This document shows, piece after piece, positions 13,773 to 25,591 of a DNA stretch of 64,000 nucleotides (position 1 is its first letter; every line of letters starts with the position of its first letter). The DNA is from Bugula neritina. Its lineage: Eukaryota; Animalia; Bryozoa. The notes beneath the pieces were generated by a model, which made no database searches, was not told the origin of the DNA, and was given only the letters and a program-made list of their open reading frames with translations. The stretch covers positions 19,079,700 through 19,143,699 of the forward strand of contig OZ037768.1 of NCBI GenBank assembly GCA_964035545.1. The letters are read 5' to 3'. The position numbers and the translations under genes were made by a program.

Positions 13773-16700
13773 CTTGCCCAGGGCTTCACTTAAAAGCATT
13801 GAAAAAAAAGTGGACTACTTTTGTGTTTTCTCTAAAGTTAACATACATAAAATGCAATTTTGATTGCTGTTTTGATCATCATGATTTGCATTTTATAACA
13901 CACTGTAATACATCTTTTTATTCAAAGTCTGCCTAATATGACAACCCAGAAAGGCTACGATCACAAAGGAGATGATATCCAATCAAAACGAAGTTCATTT
14001 TCTGTGACGGAGACGGGCAACTCCAAGACTCCACCTGATGACTCATCAAGCTCATCTGATTTGTCTGAATTCAATGGAGGGCGGAGAATGAATGCCTTGC
14101 TGAAGGCATTGAGTTGTGAGCATGACTCTGGCATGTTCTTCAGGAGATACATTGAATACACCAAGAATAGGGTTAGCTACTTTCGCTTTGGCTTTGATCC
14201 CAAATAACTTATTCACTGATATGTACTTGTGCTTCAAGTAAATATTTCCAAGCTTTAAAAAATGGAGTGTAGGTCTGTGAATTGGTGTCATTGAGATCCA
14301 TGTGTTTTGGTAATTGAAGCTTAATCATATCAAATGAAGATTTTTAATGTCTGGACAATTTTATTTTGGACACAATGCTAGAGCTGCTATAAGTAGATTA
14401 AAGTTAAGTTTTTACATTTGCATAAGTGCAGATTTTCCCAGCAGTTATCAACTTTTCCTCCTTTCATTTTCAAATAATTTTTATAGCAAAAGCAAGCAAA
14501 TTTTCATGTGGAATGATTATTCACTAGCACAAAGTTTTTTATTTCAGTTTATTGAATATTGTGGTGAATAATGTGAAAAGCTAAAAGCAGGAAAATTAGG
14601 ATGCTATATCACACAATTTTTTTTTATTATTTATTTTGTGTTTTTCTGCATTAAATAGGTGTGGCTATCTTGCATTAAGTTCTGGGAGAATGTCCAGGAA
14701 TACCATAAACTGTTCTATGCTGACTCTCTGGACAGATATCAGGTGAGTTGGTGACTAACCCTTTAGTTATCATTTTTATAATGTTTTCTGCAATACTTAT
14801 GCTAAACCTGAAATTCTACCAGTAGTGTTTGTCTATTTGAAATATAAAAATATTTATGCAGAAACTTGAGAATAAAGACATACAAAACATAAAACATTCA
14901 TTCAATTAACACATGTTAGCTTGTTTTTACAAATACTTGATAAAAAATTTAGTAAGAAAATAGCCATTCTAACCACCATCATAATTGCCTACACCATTCT
15001 TGTGTGGGCAATTGGCTGGTGTTTAAATCTAGTTTTTTGCCATACCACCGGAACACATGTTTTAAATTTATTTTTAAAAACAAAAAAACTTTCAAAATTT
15101 TCTTATTGAACCTGGAGCAAAGAGTTATTGTAAACACTATCAATACTTCAGTAAGCAGAAGTTTGTCAATTTATATTTTACAGGTTTCAAAGAAATCAAA
15201 AGAAATATTTGCTCATTACATAACTAAGACTTCTCTGAAGTTTATTGCCTGCCCCTACAGAACTATTCAAAATGTCCAGAGCCAGTTAAATCCTCCATAT
15301 GAAGAGGTGTTCGATGAAGCAGAGATATATGCGCTGGAGCAGCTGCTTCAGGCTTGGCGGAGTATGGGTTACCAGGACAGACAACTTCTAAGAGAGGTAC
15401 AGAAGTATATTTGTGCTTATTTTCTGAGCGTACATTATGTAATTCTATTAATTTTAGAACTGATTGAAAATTTGACAACTGTAAGCCATTTTCTTAAAAC
15501 ATAACATAGTATTTGTTTGCAATATTATATACTAGATGATTGATAAATTCATAGGAATCAAAAGGAAATATTGGCACTTCTTTATAATTCAATATCTATT
15601 AACTATTTTCTTTTATTCTTTCATCTCATTAATTAGGAATCAGTTAGGTAACAGCAATTTATCATCAGAGAAAAAAATATGAGTTCCGAAAATGAATCAG
15701 CACCTTTACTAAGATACAAATACTGTGCTTTGAATTGTGGTTGAATAATATAGTTTTTACTCAGGTAGAAATAAAATAGCCAACATGCTTTTCACTGGCA
15801 AAAGCAAAAACAGTTTTATTTTTCAAAAACGTTTCAGCTTTTAAAATTGCTATTAGTTTAAAAATAGTTTTTTTAATAACCCTAATAGTTATTGCGGTCA
15901 TTCAAAAATGCATGAAGGACAACATGGCTGATGCTTTAAATCATTTGCTGGTTGCCCTCATACATATTCTTAGTGAGAAGATTGGTTTGCCTGATCTAGT
16001 GGTGAATTGAATCACGCAGAGATCAGCATGATTATACGGCTGTCTGCCAGTTATTGGAGAGGTGGAACTTGATGCTGATCAGTCAAAAATCTTTGCAGAA
16101 ACAAATTTGCTGCTGCTTAAATTCCAAAAACTGAAAGACTGAAAGAAAACGTTTTTATCTCACAAGTCAGCTTTTCCAACCAACAGAAAACTTTAATTTT
16201 AAAGAAAAAGTGGATGTTCTGCTAATTATGTTAAATCAGTTAAAACCTGTTTTATTGAATAAAGATTTTGCTGCCAGCTCTATGCATGCAACCTGTAAAT
16301 AAATTAACTCACTTAGTGGATATGCAATGCATGGGTAAACAAATGGGTACAAACAACATTTCTGGCCTATTTTAGATTCATGTTGCATTGACAGTTGACA
16401 TACACTTTGTTTCCAAGTGTTGAATTATGTGAATTTATTTTCCATTTGCTGTTTGGAAACAGTTGCATCGAATGAAACCACAATCATAAGTTCACGCAGA
16501 CAAAAAACCACAAATTCATCCATTTGCCATGAAAACGCAGTGTATATCACAACATATATGTATACTGTAGAAAATGAACTATTTTGATGCTTTACTCTAT
16601 TCAATGTTCATCAAATACAATCTATTTCAATTTGTTGTCTTTTTAGGTTCAAACTAAAAATATTGTAATCAATCTGGAAACCAAGTCAAAGTTGGTTGTT

Positions 16701-17159
16701 AATCTGCAGCGTAAGGGATTTCTCAGACCAGTAAGTTGGAAGAATTACATTCACGTATAGTTTATAGTTGACATACTATGATGCAGAAGATGTAAATACA
16801 AAATACAACTCCCACTTGCACTGGAAACTATCAGCTTTCCTCAGCTGGGTGGCACATATTTTATCTGCATTATGTTTCCATTGTTTAGAATTATGGGAAT
16901 GAATTTTTCATTTGATGGCTGGAAACAGTTGCATAGACTGAAACCATAACCAAAAGTTATTGCAAGTCGCAATCACAAATCCATCTTGTAGGATCCCTTT
17001 GAAACAATGAAAACACAGTGATATGGCTATTCATGCTTGATCTTTTCAGCAAAATGCTTTATAACTCAGTAATTATAATTATTGGTTAGGTAAATATAAA
17101 GAGGTGATGATTATGTGTGTCCAGAAGTGTTGGCCATGCAGTGATTAACTCAAATTTTG

Positions 17160-17237
<78 letters not shown>

Positions 17238-20200
17238 TTGAAATAAACTAGAAATATAGCAACACTGATTTTGTTAAATTAGATTCTGCTTTTACCTTTT
17301 CATAAACAAAGATATTAAAAACAATTAAATAATATTCCAATCATAAAAGGTTTACTGTAGGTGATTTAAATTAAAAGCTACAACAAATTTAATACATCCT
17401 TGGCACCAACGTTCTCTTGGACTATTGTACAACAAGGATGTTTACAGGGAGATCTGCAACCTGACGAGGATCCTATGGAGAATTTTGAAGACCCGGTGTA
17501 TGATGAGTCACTACTAGAAGCAGTCCCTGAAGACTTTAGAGATTTCAGTCTAGATAAGATTATCAGAACAGCCATTCATTTAGAAAATTTTAGACAATTT
17601 TTACAGGTTAGTAGACAGTGTTGTTAATAAATCAGTTTTGCTGCCATATTGTGAGATGATTTAAAACTTTATTCCACTCAAACGTTGGTTGCTTGAAATA
17701 GTTTAGTCTAAGTTACCACATGTGACATGATTAGTGATTTACAAATTTTGGCTGAATGTTTGAGAAGAATGGTTTAGGGATTACTCAAATATACTTTTAA
17801 TTCCTATTAGATCATTATTCTCAATTTTATATTTACTATAGTACTCTAAAAATACTGAAGATGGATACAATATTATTTGAAATATTAATGTAATTTGCTT
17901 TTTTTAATATAACTAAAGTAGCAATAAAAATGTTTCTTGTTTATTTATTTCTAATAGACTATAGTTGTGTATTATTTCACTCAATGCAAAGCTCTCAAGT
18001 TGTATTTTAGTCTCATTTTGCTACAATGGATCTCAGTTGCTGGATGGACATTGAGGAGTTTCGTAAGATGGATCCAAAACTAACAGATGAAGCTGATACT
18101 AAAGCCAGAGAAATAAAGCAGAAATACTTCAACAAAAAATATTTCTTTGGCCCTAACAGCCCGGCATCAAGAGAGGGTCTTGATAAAGTATGCGAGAAAC
18201 TTTATAAATTAAGTTTTCATATCAGCATATTCTCATCAGAGGCAAACTTTTCTACTTCCGCAAACCCATGTTTTTCTAAATTTTATAGCAATGAAATATT
18301 GTACGTGCATTGCGCTTCATCTTCTAGTTTAGTTGTATGGCAGCTTTACATAAAATTCAATTTCTTCATACCAAACTTCACATAGCCAAAAAATACACAC
18401 AGGTTGACTTTGCTCTGTGATCACCCATGCTACTAACTTTGCCCACCTATTGGTTATATTTTACTTGTCATGTAAAACTATTCTCGCTTCAAACAGTTTC
18501 ATATGAGAGCAATCAAAGTGTTGTTATAATTAGTTTGACTGATTTGCTTAATTTACTTAACTGTATAGTATTAGAAGATGGTGATTGTTAGTTGTTTCAA
18601 CTGCTTCAATTAGCCAATCATAAGGCAGCTAACTGAAAAGACATGACTTGCGTGATGTGACCTTGAAATATCTAAACATATTATTATAAATGTTTACATG
18701 CTTTTAAATACTAATAGCCAATAATGCAGGGTATTTTGTCATTGCTAAGAAGTCATGGCTGTGCAGCTGCTTTGATGCATAAAAAGGCAGTATCCTGTAT
18801 ATGCTGCCCAATTTTGCTCAAAAAAACTCTATATTAAAGCATAATTTTTCTTCAGCCTATAGTTTTTTACGCACATACACACATACACACATACATACAT
18901 ACATACACACATACATACATACACACATACACACACACATACATACATACACACATACATACTTATGTACATACACACATACATACTTCTTTTGCCTCTT
19001 TTATGTTCCTGCTTTAAATGACATTTCCTATAAGAATTTTACAACTTTTCATTTACCAGATGATGAAGTCGGTTGGAGGCTGGGGAAAAATATTTCCAGA
19101 CAGACCAAATGATGATCTAATAATTGGAGCACAGGAATTTGTGAGAGAGAGGCTCTCACTGAAGTGGTTACCCATGTTCCTGGCATCTGATCAGTTTGCT
19201 GAGTTGATTCGGCCGTCTCAGCAGATGGTGAATGTGGCAGAGGCATTACTGCTCAACAAACAGAGGAGAAATCAGAGGATAATGAAGGTTCTAATTTATA
19301 AACTTCTTGATTCTTTTAATTATATTACATTGTTTCAAAAAGTGAATTCTAATGTATTTATTACAAAACAAGTTAATGCCAATACCATCTTTTAACTGCT
19401 CTGCTAAAACTAGTAAGTTGCATAATTTAAAAAAAATGATAATGGCTTCATAGTTGAAATCTTAAGGACTTTAATTAATGCATTAATGTAGTTTTTTTCA
19501 CTTGAACAAATCTAAAATCAAAAATAAAGAAACTTTAGTCATCTTAAGTCTGAAGCCTAATTTTCTTAGTAAGAACAAGGTTTTTCTTATATCTGGAAAC
19601 CATTTTTTTAAGAAAACAGAATAGTTTTTAAATAGATATGTTTAAAATAAATATATATAACTAATTTTTATTTCTGTGGCAGAATGACTTCTGCATCATT
19701 ATACAAACTTGTAAGCTCACTGCAGTTGCAAATCTGCAATTGCAGTAGTATGCTACTCTAATACTACTGCTGATACAAAAAAATGTGAGTTGAAAAATTC
19801 TACAGCGCTTACAGTAAATGTTTTATTATTCATATACAACTTTGTGAAACATGATACATTAGGATGTTGATACCCTGTTGATACACAGTTGATACCCTGT
19901 TGATACCCTGTTGATACCCTGTTGATACACAGTTGATACCCTGTTGATACCCTGTTGATACCCTGTTGATACCCTGTTAATACACAGTTGCAAGTACAAG
20001 GTCCTAAGCATGCATTACTATAGCCTAATCCTACCTTTAGATGTTGGAAGGTGGTTGGGTGTCATCATCAAAAGAGATCATAGCTTTCCGGCGTTCACTT
20101 CTCAATCCAATTGTGTCTTACCAATTCCAAAGATTTGTGTCTATCAAAAGCGACCTGTTAGAGAATGACGTCCTGTTTTGGAGAGAATGTCAGAAATATA

Positions 20201-23200
20201 AGGTTACTATATGTGATACAAATTTGTATATTTTGTGATGACACAAAGCTAGTAATATGGTACGGTGACGATACAAAACTAAAAACATCTGCTATCATAA
20301 TGTTGTTAGCATGAGATGCAACCTGTTGCTAGAAACCTAGTAGTTGTTGTGATGTAAGAGTTACCGCGCCTGCTTGCAAGCCGGCTGTCTGCGGTTCGAA
20401 TCCCAGTTGAGGCAAAAAGTTTTACATAACCATAGTGATTATCATTTTGCCACTCACTTTGCTAAACTCCACCATTTTTGTAGCATCTTCAACATCAGCA
20501 CACAGATGATTCATTCATTGTGCAGAAAATCAATGTGATCATCAACTGCTTTATTGTAACCAACATGGACCCGCCGCTTCAGATTGACATTTCCCAAGAC
20601 CAGGCGGATAGAATAGCTGAGAAGAAAAGAGAGCTTGGACCTTATATTTTCAGAGAGGCTCAGGTAACAGGCAGAAGTTCTCCTAAATATTCACCTCATT
20701 CGCCGCTTATAAAACATTGCGGTAGAAATTATCAGTTTTATCAGATGTAAGTAGACAGAATATTGGGGCTGCTGTTTATTTTATTGAGTGTGAATCGGAA
20801 CTCGAAATTTTTACAGCTGAAAAAGCTGTATAATCAGTGCTAACAGGCAATGCAATTCCACAAATGCAGAATCTGCAAATTATTCATGCATTTTTGTGTG
20901 TAAAACTAGCCTGGATAGTGTATAAAGCCTATCATGATAACATCAGCAATATCCTGAACAAAGTAATAAATGTTTTACTTACTTATAAATGATTTGAACA
21001 CAATTGTTCTTATCTGTACATGAGTGCTCAGAGTTGATGCTGACTAACAAGTATGTTATTCACTAGATCACATGATCTAGTTCAAGGGTGGGCAACTGGG
21101 GCTCCATTTTCCAGCTGCCTTTTTAATGCTTAAGAGAAGTAAAAACTGTCATTGTTATTCTGATTAGCACAGCATAGGTTTGGCGACAAATTACTTTATT
21201 ATAATAAAATTTATTATGTGTAGGACCATATGGCCCTTTGTTTTGGCTGACTTTTAAACTTGGCCCTCGAGCAAAAGAAGTTGCCCCCCTCTGATCTAGT
21301 TTATATATAAGAGTTCTGAATTAGGAGTATAGCTGTCGATTCATTCCTGCAAAAGTGGCTAAAAACATTAACATCTTCAAGACATGTAGGAGAATTACAA
21401 TGCCTCTGTGCGACATATATGCAGTACAGTGTCACATGTTTAAATTATAAATAAACATTTTTCAGGTAAAGCTTCTTTGCAATATTGTTTTCTGTATTTA
21501 GGCCATACACTTCATGCAAAGCTGTATTTAGGCCATACACTTCATGCAAAGCTGTATTTAGGCCATACACTTCATGCAAAGCTGTAATTATACTACAGCG
21601 TAAGCCGTAACGTCTTTGTTCCTTAGTTGACTGTGTTTCGAGTTCTCTTTGAACACTGGACTGAGTTTTGTGCATTCAAAAGCAACACAGCCACAGATCA
21701 GATCCTGCCTACTGTTGAGAGAAAAAGAAGGAGAGCTAAACTAAGAGAGAGACAACGGCTGAAAGAGTTAGAAGAGCAACAAGAGAAGGTAACTTCTAGC
21801 TATTGCCATTATATTCGTTATAGCAACGCGTTATGTATATACATGTGCAACTCTGCTACCAAATGCAGTAACCTAAACACTTAGTAAGGGTTTTGAATTT
21901 GCTTCATGACATAAATTCTATCTTAAAACCTTTATCCGGATTGGATACTTCAATACAACTAGAAATATAATAATGTTTAATTCCAACCATGTTTAATGCA
22001 ACATTTGATCCAATGAACTTTATACAGTATTATTAAGTGTGATCTGCATTTATACAACAGTCAGGCTGATCTACTTTTTGAAGGTGCTGTAATACAAATA
22101 ATAATTTTTGAGAAAACTTTCTGATTACATCTTAATTAACTAGTTCAAATTTTAACCCATGTCTTTGGAGTGTGTGTATAACACATAAAGTTTCCCTAGA
22201 GTAGTTGGTCTGCTTTAGCAAGTTTTGAAAGTGGAATTTAACATTACAATGAGCATCAAGCTTTGTTCTGATGTATTTTGTTTTGCATTGAGAGTGGTTG
22301 AACTACAAACTGAGTTAAGCCTATGATGATGTAGACACTGCATGAAAAAAGATCAAAGAAATGTTTCACTCTATATTTTCATTCTAATATTAAAATCTTT
22401 TCAAAAATTTTAAGTTCAGTGAATTTGAACAAAACATTAATTTACATAAAGCAAGCAATTTGTAAAAACATTGTAGCACATGAAATGTTTTGAGTCAAAT
22501 AATTAGTAGCACTTTGATGTTGTTTACATTGTTTACACTACAACTAATTTTAGGTGTAGAAATAAAGTGTGGTAATAATTTAAAACAACTTGAGATTTGA
22601 TGAATCTCTTTATTATAAGCATGTGTATATATAGAACAATTCTGCGTAATGTAAGAAAAACTGTGTGTATTATGTAAAGTTAGATATGTAATTTTATTAT
22701 AACTTAGCACACTCAACATTATCAGAAGTTTGTGAGTCTTTTACTGATCAATACAAAAGTGTGCTATAAAAAAAATTTAAATTTTGAAAAGTTAAAAAGT
22801 AAAATAGTGGTAGTTATTGGAGTTGTAATGTATAATGAAAACCAGTGTTATGTAATTTATAGACACAAATGAAACTTTGTAACTTGAAAGACAAACGATG
22901 AAATGCAAATGGTTATTTTTTTTTTTAAATTCTTAAATGACTTTTTTAAATAGTTATTCTATTTTATTAGTATCTAGTACAATTAATCATTATTATGATT
23001 GTTGCAGCAACAGGTAAAAAGCTATGCACCTTAGTAGTTCATTAAAGTCCTATATCGTCACTGCATGCTCTTTGTAAGTTTCTCATAATGGGTAAATAAA
23101 TAATTTAAACAACACAACTAGTGGATATTAGTAACTTTGGTTAACACCCTTCAGTAATATAAAATATTCTTTTCTTTAACCACCTTCCAGCTATACTTTT

Positions 23201-24604
23201 GTCCTGTTAGCTATCTTACAATGTAAATGTGACACAAAGTGTTGCTATGCAATGCAATGTGTTGCTATGCAACAGAGTGTGTTGCATAGCAACCAACACC
23301 TTACCAAATATAGACAAAGGAAGCTGAGTACTTCACTCATGTCTTGATATATTCATTTTGTTGATATATTTGATATGCTGGTGAACCAAATGTTGTGTAT
23401 GTTATAACATAATAGTCTCCTTAGCCACGACTGTTGTGGTTCAACCTTTCGTTAGAAATTTTGCAGACTGGGAATATTCATTCCGGAAAGCACTACACTA
23501 ATGTAATTTTATGCTCACAGTCTATATATAAGTATATAAAGGAACAGCCGTGGTCTAGGGGTTAGAGCACTGGCTTAGTAAATATGAGGTCAGTAGTTCA
23601 AATCCTAGTAAAGGCCATCGGTGATGTTAGGAAGGGCGTTCAGTCATAATTGAGTTAAATATCTAGTACAGTTCAATGTAATAGAAAGTAGCAACAGTTA
23701 GTGTTATTTACAATAAGTTTAATGTTTCAGGAGAATGCTCGACGCAGAGCCTTAGGTTTGCCTATAGAGGGAGAGGAGAATAGAGAGCTAGACGACCCCA
23801 ACCTTGAGACAGCTAAGAAAAAGGAAGAAGAGGATGATGAAAAGTCTGAAACTTCAGAGGGACAGCAGGTGGCGTGGAGATACTCTAGCTATATGGAGGG
23901 TCTCAACAAAGAGAATATTGTCAACAAAACATCCGAAGAAACTTTCAGTTGTCTCAGTGGAGAAGGTAAAGAAACGGGTAAGTTTAACAGGTTCTTCATT
24001 GGTTCCATTACTTACAAAATATTCATCTAATATCTCAAATTTTTCATTCAAACTAAATTTTGCAGAACAATTCTATTAGTTTAGATGAACATAATTAGGA
24101 TATTCATTGTATATACGTTGTATACTCTGAATAAATTTTCAGCATCTCAAGAGAAGACAGATAGTGTAGAGAAAGCAACTATTGACATAAGTGACTTGAA
24201 AGATTTAAAAGCACCAACTGCAGAGAAACCTGCTGTACCAGATGAAGAAGTGAAACCCAGTAATACAAAAAGGTAACTAATTAAGAAAAATAGCGAATTG
24301 AAACTTTCTTTTAATAAAATAATTACAAATAGTGCCTAAAAATTTTATTCATATGGGAAAAATTTTGTTACAAAAAATGTAATTTTGAATGACATTATTT
24401 TATTTCTCTAAACTTGAACCTTTTCAACTTTGCAGCTAATAGAATATAATTTTTTTGTACTTTTGTAGAAAATCGCAAAACAAAAGTGAAAATATTAAAA
24501 AAGGTGAGTTGAGTGACTCTGAACAGTCTAACGGTATTAATATTAGCCTTAGTACCACAACTAGTAGAGATTGTTCAATCAACTCTAAACCAATTCTTAT
24601 ATAG
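1204..24604 (+). CDS. RGS22: Regulator of G-protein signalling 22-like protein, 29 coding exons, ~1487 aa
   Basis: Phase-consistent GT-AG exons: 1204-1240, 2552-2583, 3751-3813, 5160-5390, 6442-6549, 7090-7226, 7652-7798, 8086-8198, 8569-8774, 9356-9553, 10079-10264, 10915-11030, 11849-12010, 12481-12709, 12892-13070, 13299-13412, 13928-14171, 14659-14742, 15184-15396, 16647-16730, 17448-17606, 18011-18187, 19060-19287, 20041-20202, 20484-20663, 21627-21788, 23731-23977, 24143-24272, 24469-24604 (sum 4464 nt). The translation contains segments I recognise from RGS22: EPP...[144 protein letters not shown]. The last exon is ambiguous because of an internal GTGAGT at 24504. Confidence 0.92.
1907..2069. 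mobile_element. MITE (family A, copy 1), TA-flanked
   Basis: Imperfect TIRs GGTGCAGTA..GAAAAATT..AGTCT / AGACT..AATTTTTC..TACTGCACC with TA on both sides. A second copy lies at 25834-25985. Confidence 0.7.
4345..4455 (-). mobile_element. Degenerate tRNA-derived SINE copy
   Basis: Reverse strand shows a B-box-like GGTTCTAATCCC followed by GGGCCAGTGATGATGTCAAG, similar to the SINE at 23546. Confidence 0.45.
6678..6885. repeat. Compound (TG)n/(GTGTGTGTGC)n microsatellite in RGS22 intron
   Basis: Directly visible; source of the spurious CVCVRV ORFs. Confidence 0.95.
7466..7663 (+). repeat. 23-bp tandem repeat (8 full units plus a partial ninth) containing the RGS22 exon 7 splice acceptor
   Basis: Unit AGGTGTGTCTGTATTACATCAAC starts at 7466, 7489, 7512, 7535, 7558, 7581, 7604, 7627 and 7650; the last copy runs into the coding exon. 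Confidence 0.95.
13679..13769. repeat. (TA)n microsatellite
   Basis: Directly visible. Confidence 0.95.
16403..16542 (+). mobile_element. MITE (family B, copy 1), CAC...GTG ends, TA flanks
   Basis: TIR-like ends CACTTTGTTTCCA / TGAAAACGCAGTG. The core TGGAAACAGTTGCAT..GAAACCA..CACAAAT is shared with 16869-17020 and 63751-63890. Confidence 0.6.
16869..17020 (+). mobile_element. MITE (family B, copy 2)
   Basis: Diverged direct copy of 16403-16542 (CATTATGTTTCCA...TGAAAACACAGTG). The two copies flank RGS22 exon 16647-16730. Confidence 0.55.
17161..17235. repeat. (TA)n microsatellite
   Basis: Directly visible. Confidence 0.95.
18872..18986. repeat. (CATA)n/(CA)n compound microsatellite
   Basis: Directly visible. 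Confidence 0.9.
19866..19990. repeat. 11-bp minisatellite (GTTGATACCCT / GTTGATACACA) x~11
   Basis: Directly visible, ending about 50 nt upstream of the RGS22 exon at 20041. Confidence 0.92.
20341..20415 (+). mobile_element. tRNA-like head (SINE or tRNA pseudogene)
   Basis: Degenerate A-box (GTGATGTAAGAGTT) and a clear B-box/T-loop GGTTCGAATCCC; no clean cloverleaf acceptor stem. Confidence 0.5.
21083..21293. mobile_element. hAT (Charlie-type) non-autonomous MITE, 211 bp
   Basis: TIRs CAAGGGTGGGCAACT / AGTTGCCCCCCTCTG and a perfect 8-bp target-site duplication ATCTAGTT (21075-21082 and 21294-21301). Confidence 0.88.
21492..21586. repeat. 30-bp tandem repeat x3 (CTGTATTTAGGCCATACACTTCATGCAAAG)
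   Basis: Three identical units ending about 40 nt upstream of the RGS22 exon at 21627. Confidence 0.92.
23546..23652 (+). mobile_element. tRNA-derived SINE (best-preserved copy in the window)
   Basis: A-box TGGTCTAGGGGTT, B-box GTTCAAATCC, then core GGTGATGTTAGGAAGGGCGTTCAGTCATAATT. Related copies at ~43350, ~52080, ~57810 and ~63700-63958. Confidence 0.75.
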
Positions 24605-25591
24605 AGCCAATTTTATCACTGCAACTGGCGCAGTTAACTCGGCCATGGCAGTGGGTTTCATCATGCAAGAAGAAAGATTAGAACTTTAACTTTTCAAGAA
24701 GCTTGTTTTATATATTGTTTTGTTATATTGTTAAAAACACCTTTTAAAGTACAATTACATTGATGTATGCATATTGAACGACTATAACTGCTAGTAAAGC
24801 TGTACTTGTGCTGAGGATTTGATAAAACATACTGTTCTAGACTCAACGAGAACTAAAGGTACATCTACTTCAACTGGCTCTAGAAATCACAAGACTGATA
24901 AGAAAAATGCTGCACAGTTGAAAAATATCAACAAGGCTTTATCTGAGACACTGAAATAAAAACCAGTAAATATGAACCTGCTATATGTTAGACAGTGTCA
25001 TCCTTGCATGAGAAATAACTCCGGATGTTGTGTCATCTTGCTTTCCCAGTACCTTATGGCATATAATTTTTATAATGTAAAATAAAACTAGTAATTTGAA
25101 TTCTGATTTTAAAGCTTTTGTTTTTTGACAGACTGACACTGTTGGGTTTAGCTGTGATAACTGTGTAAGAAGTAGAGAGTCATTGTTGCAACCTGGCTAA
25201 TGCATAGGGTGAAGTTATTCCTTTTGCAGATATTTTCAAATAGGTAGTTTATAGATCACATTTATTGTTGAAAATTATTGACTATGTTTATTGTTAAAAA
25301 GACTAGCTAAAGTATTGATGCTTGCACTTTAAAGTGACAAATAAATAATTTTTAAAAACAAAATAAAATTCAACAGAAACTGAAAAATTGCATATCAACT
25401 ATAAATATAACTGTTGGTTAAACCTATCGGATTATTTGAAAATAAATTTAATTGGTTAATAGATTAGTAAACAGAGATTTTGGGTATCTTCTACAGAAAT
25501 CCATAAAACTTGAGCACAAACTATAATTTATTGAGTAATGAAAGGATAGTAAAAAGAATGAGATCATGTAAGATGAAACCTTTGGTGTCTA

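Noticed and set aside
13580-13936. IYIYIY ORFs here and at 31596-31826 and 46277-46501
   Set aside because: Artefacts of (TA)n microsatellites.
20341-20415. Functional tRNA gene
   Set aside because: Only the T-loop/B-box is convincing; the acceptor and D stems do not pair well. Treated as a SINE head or pseudogene.
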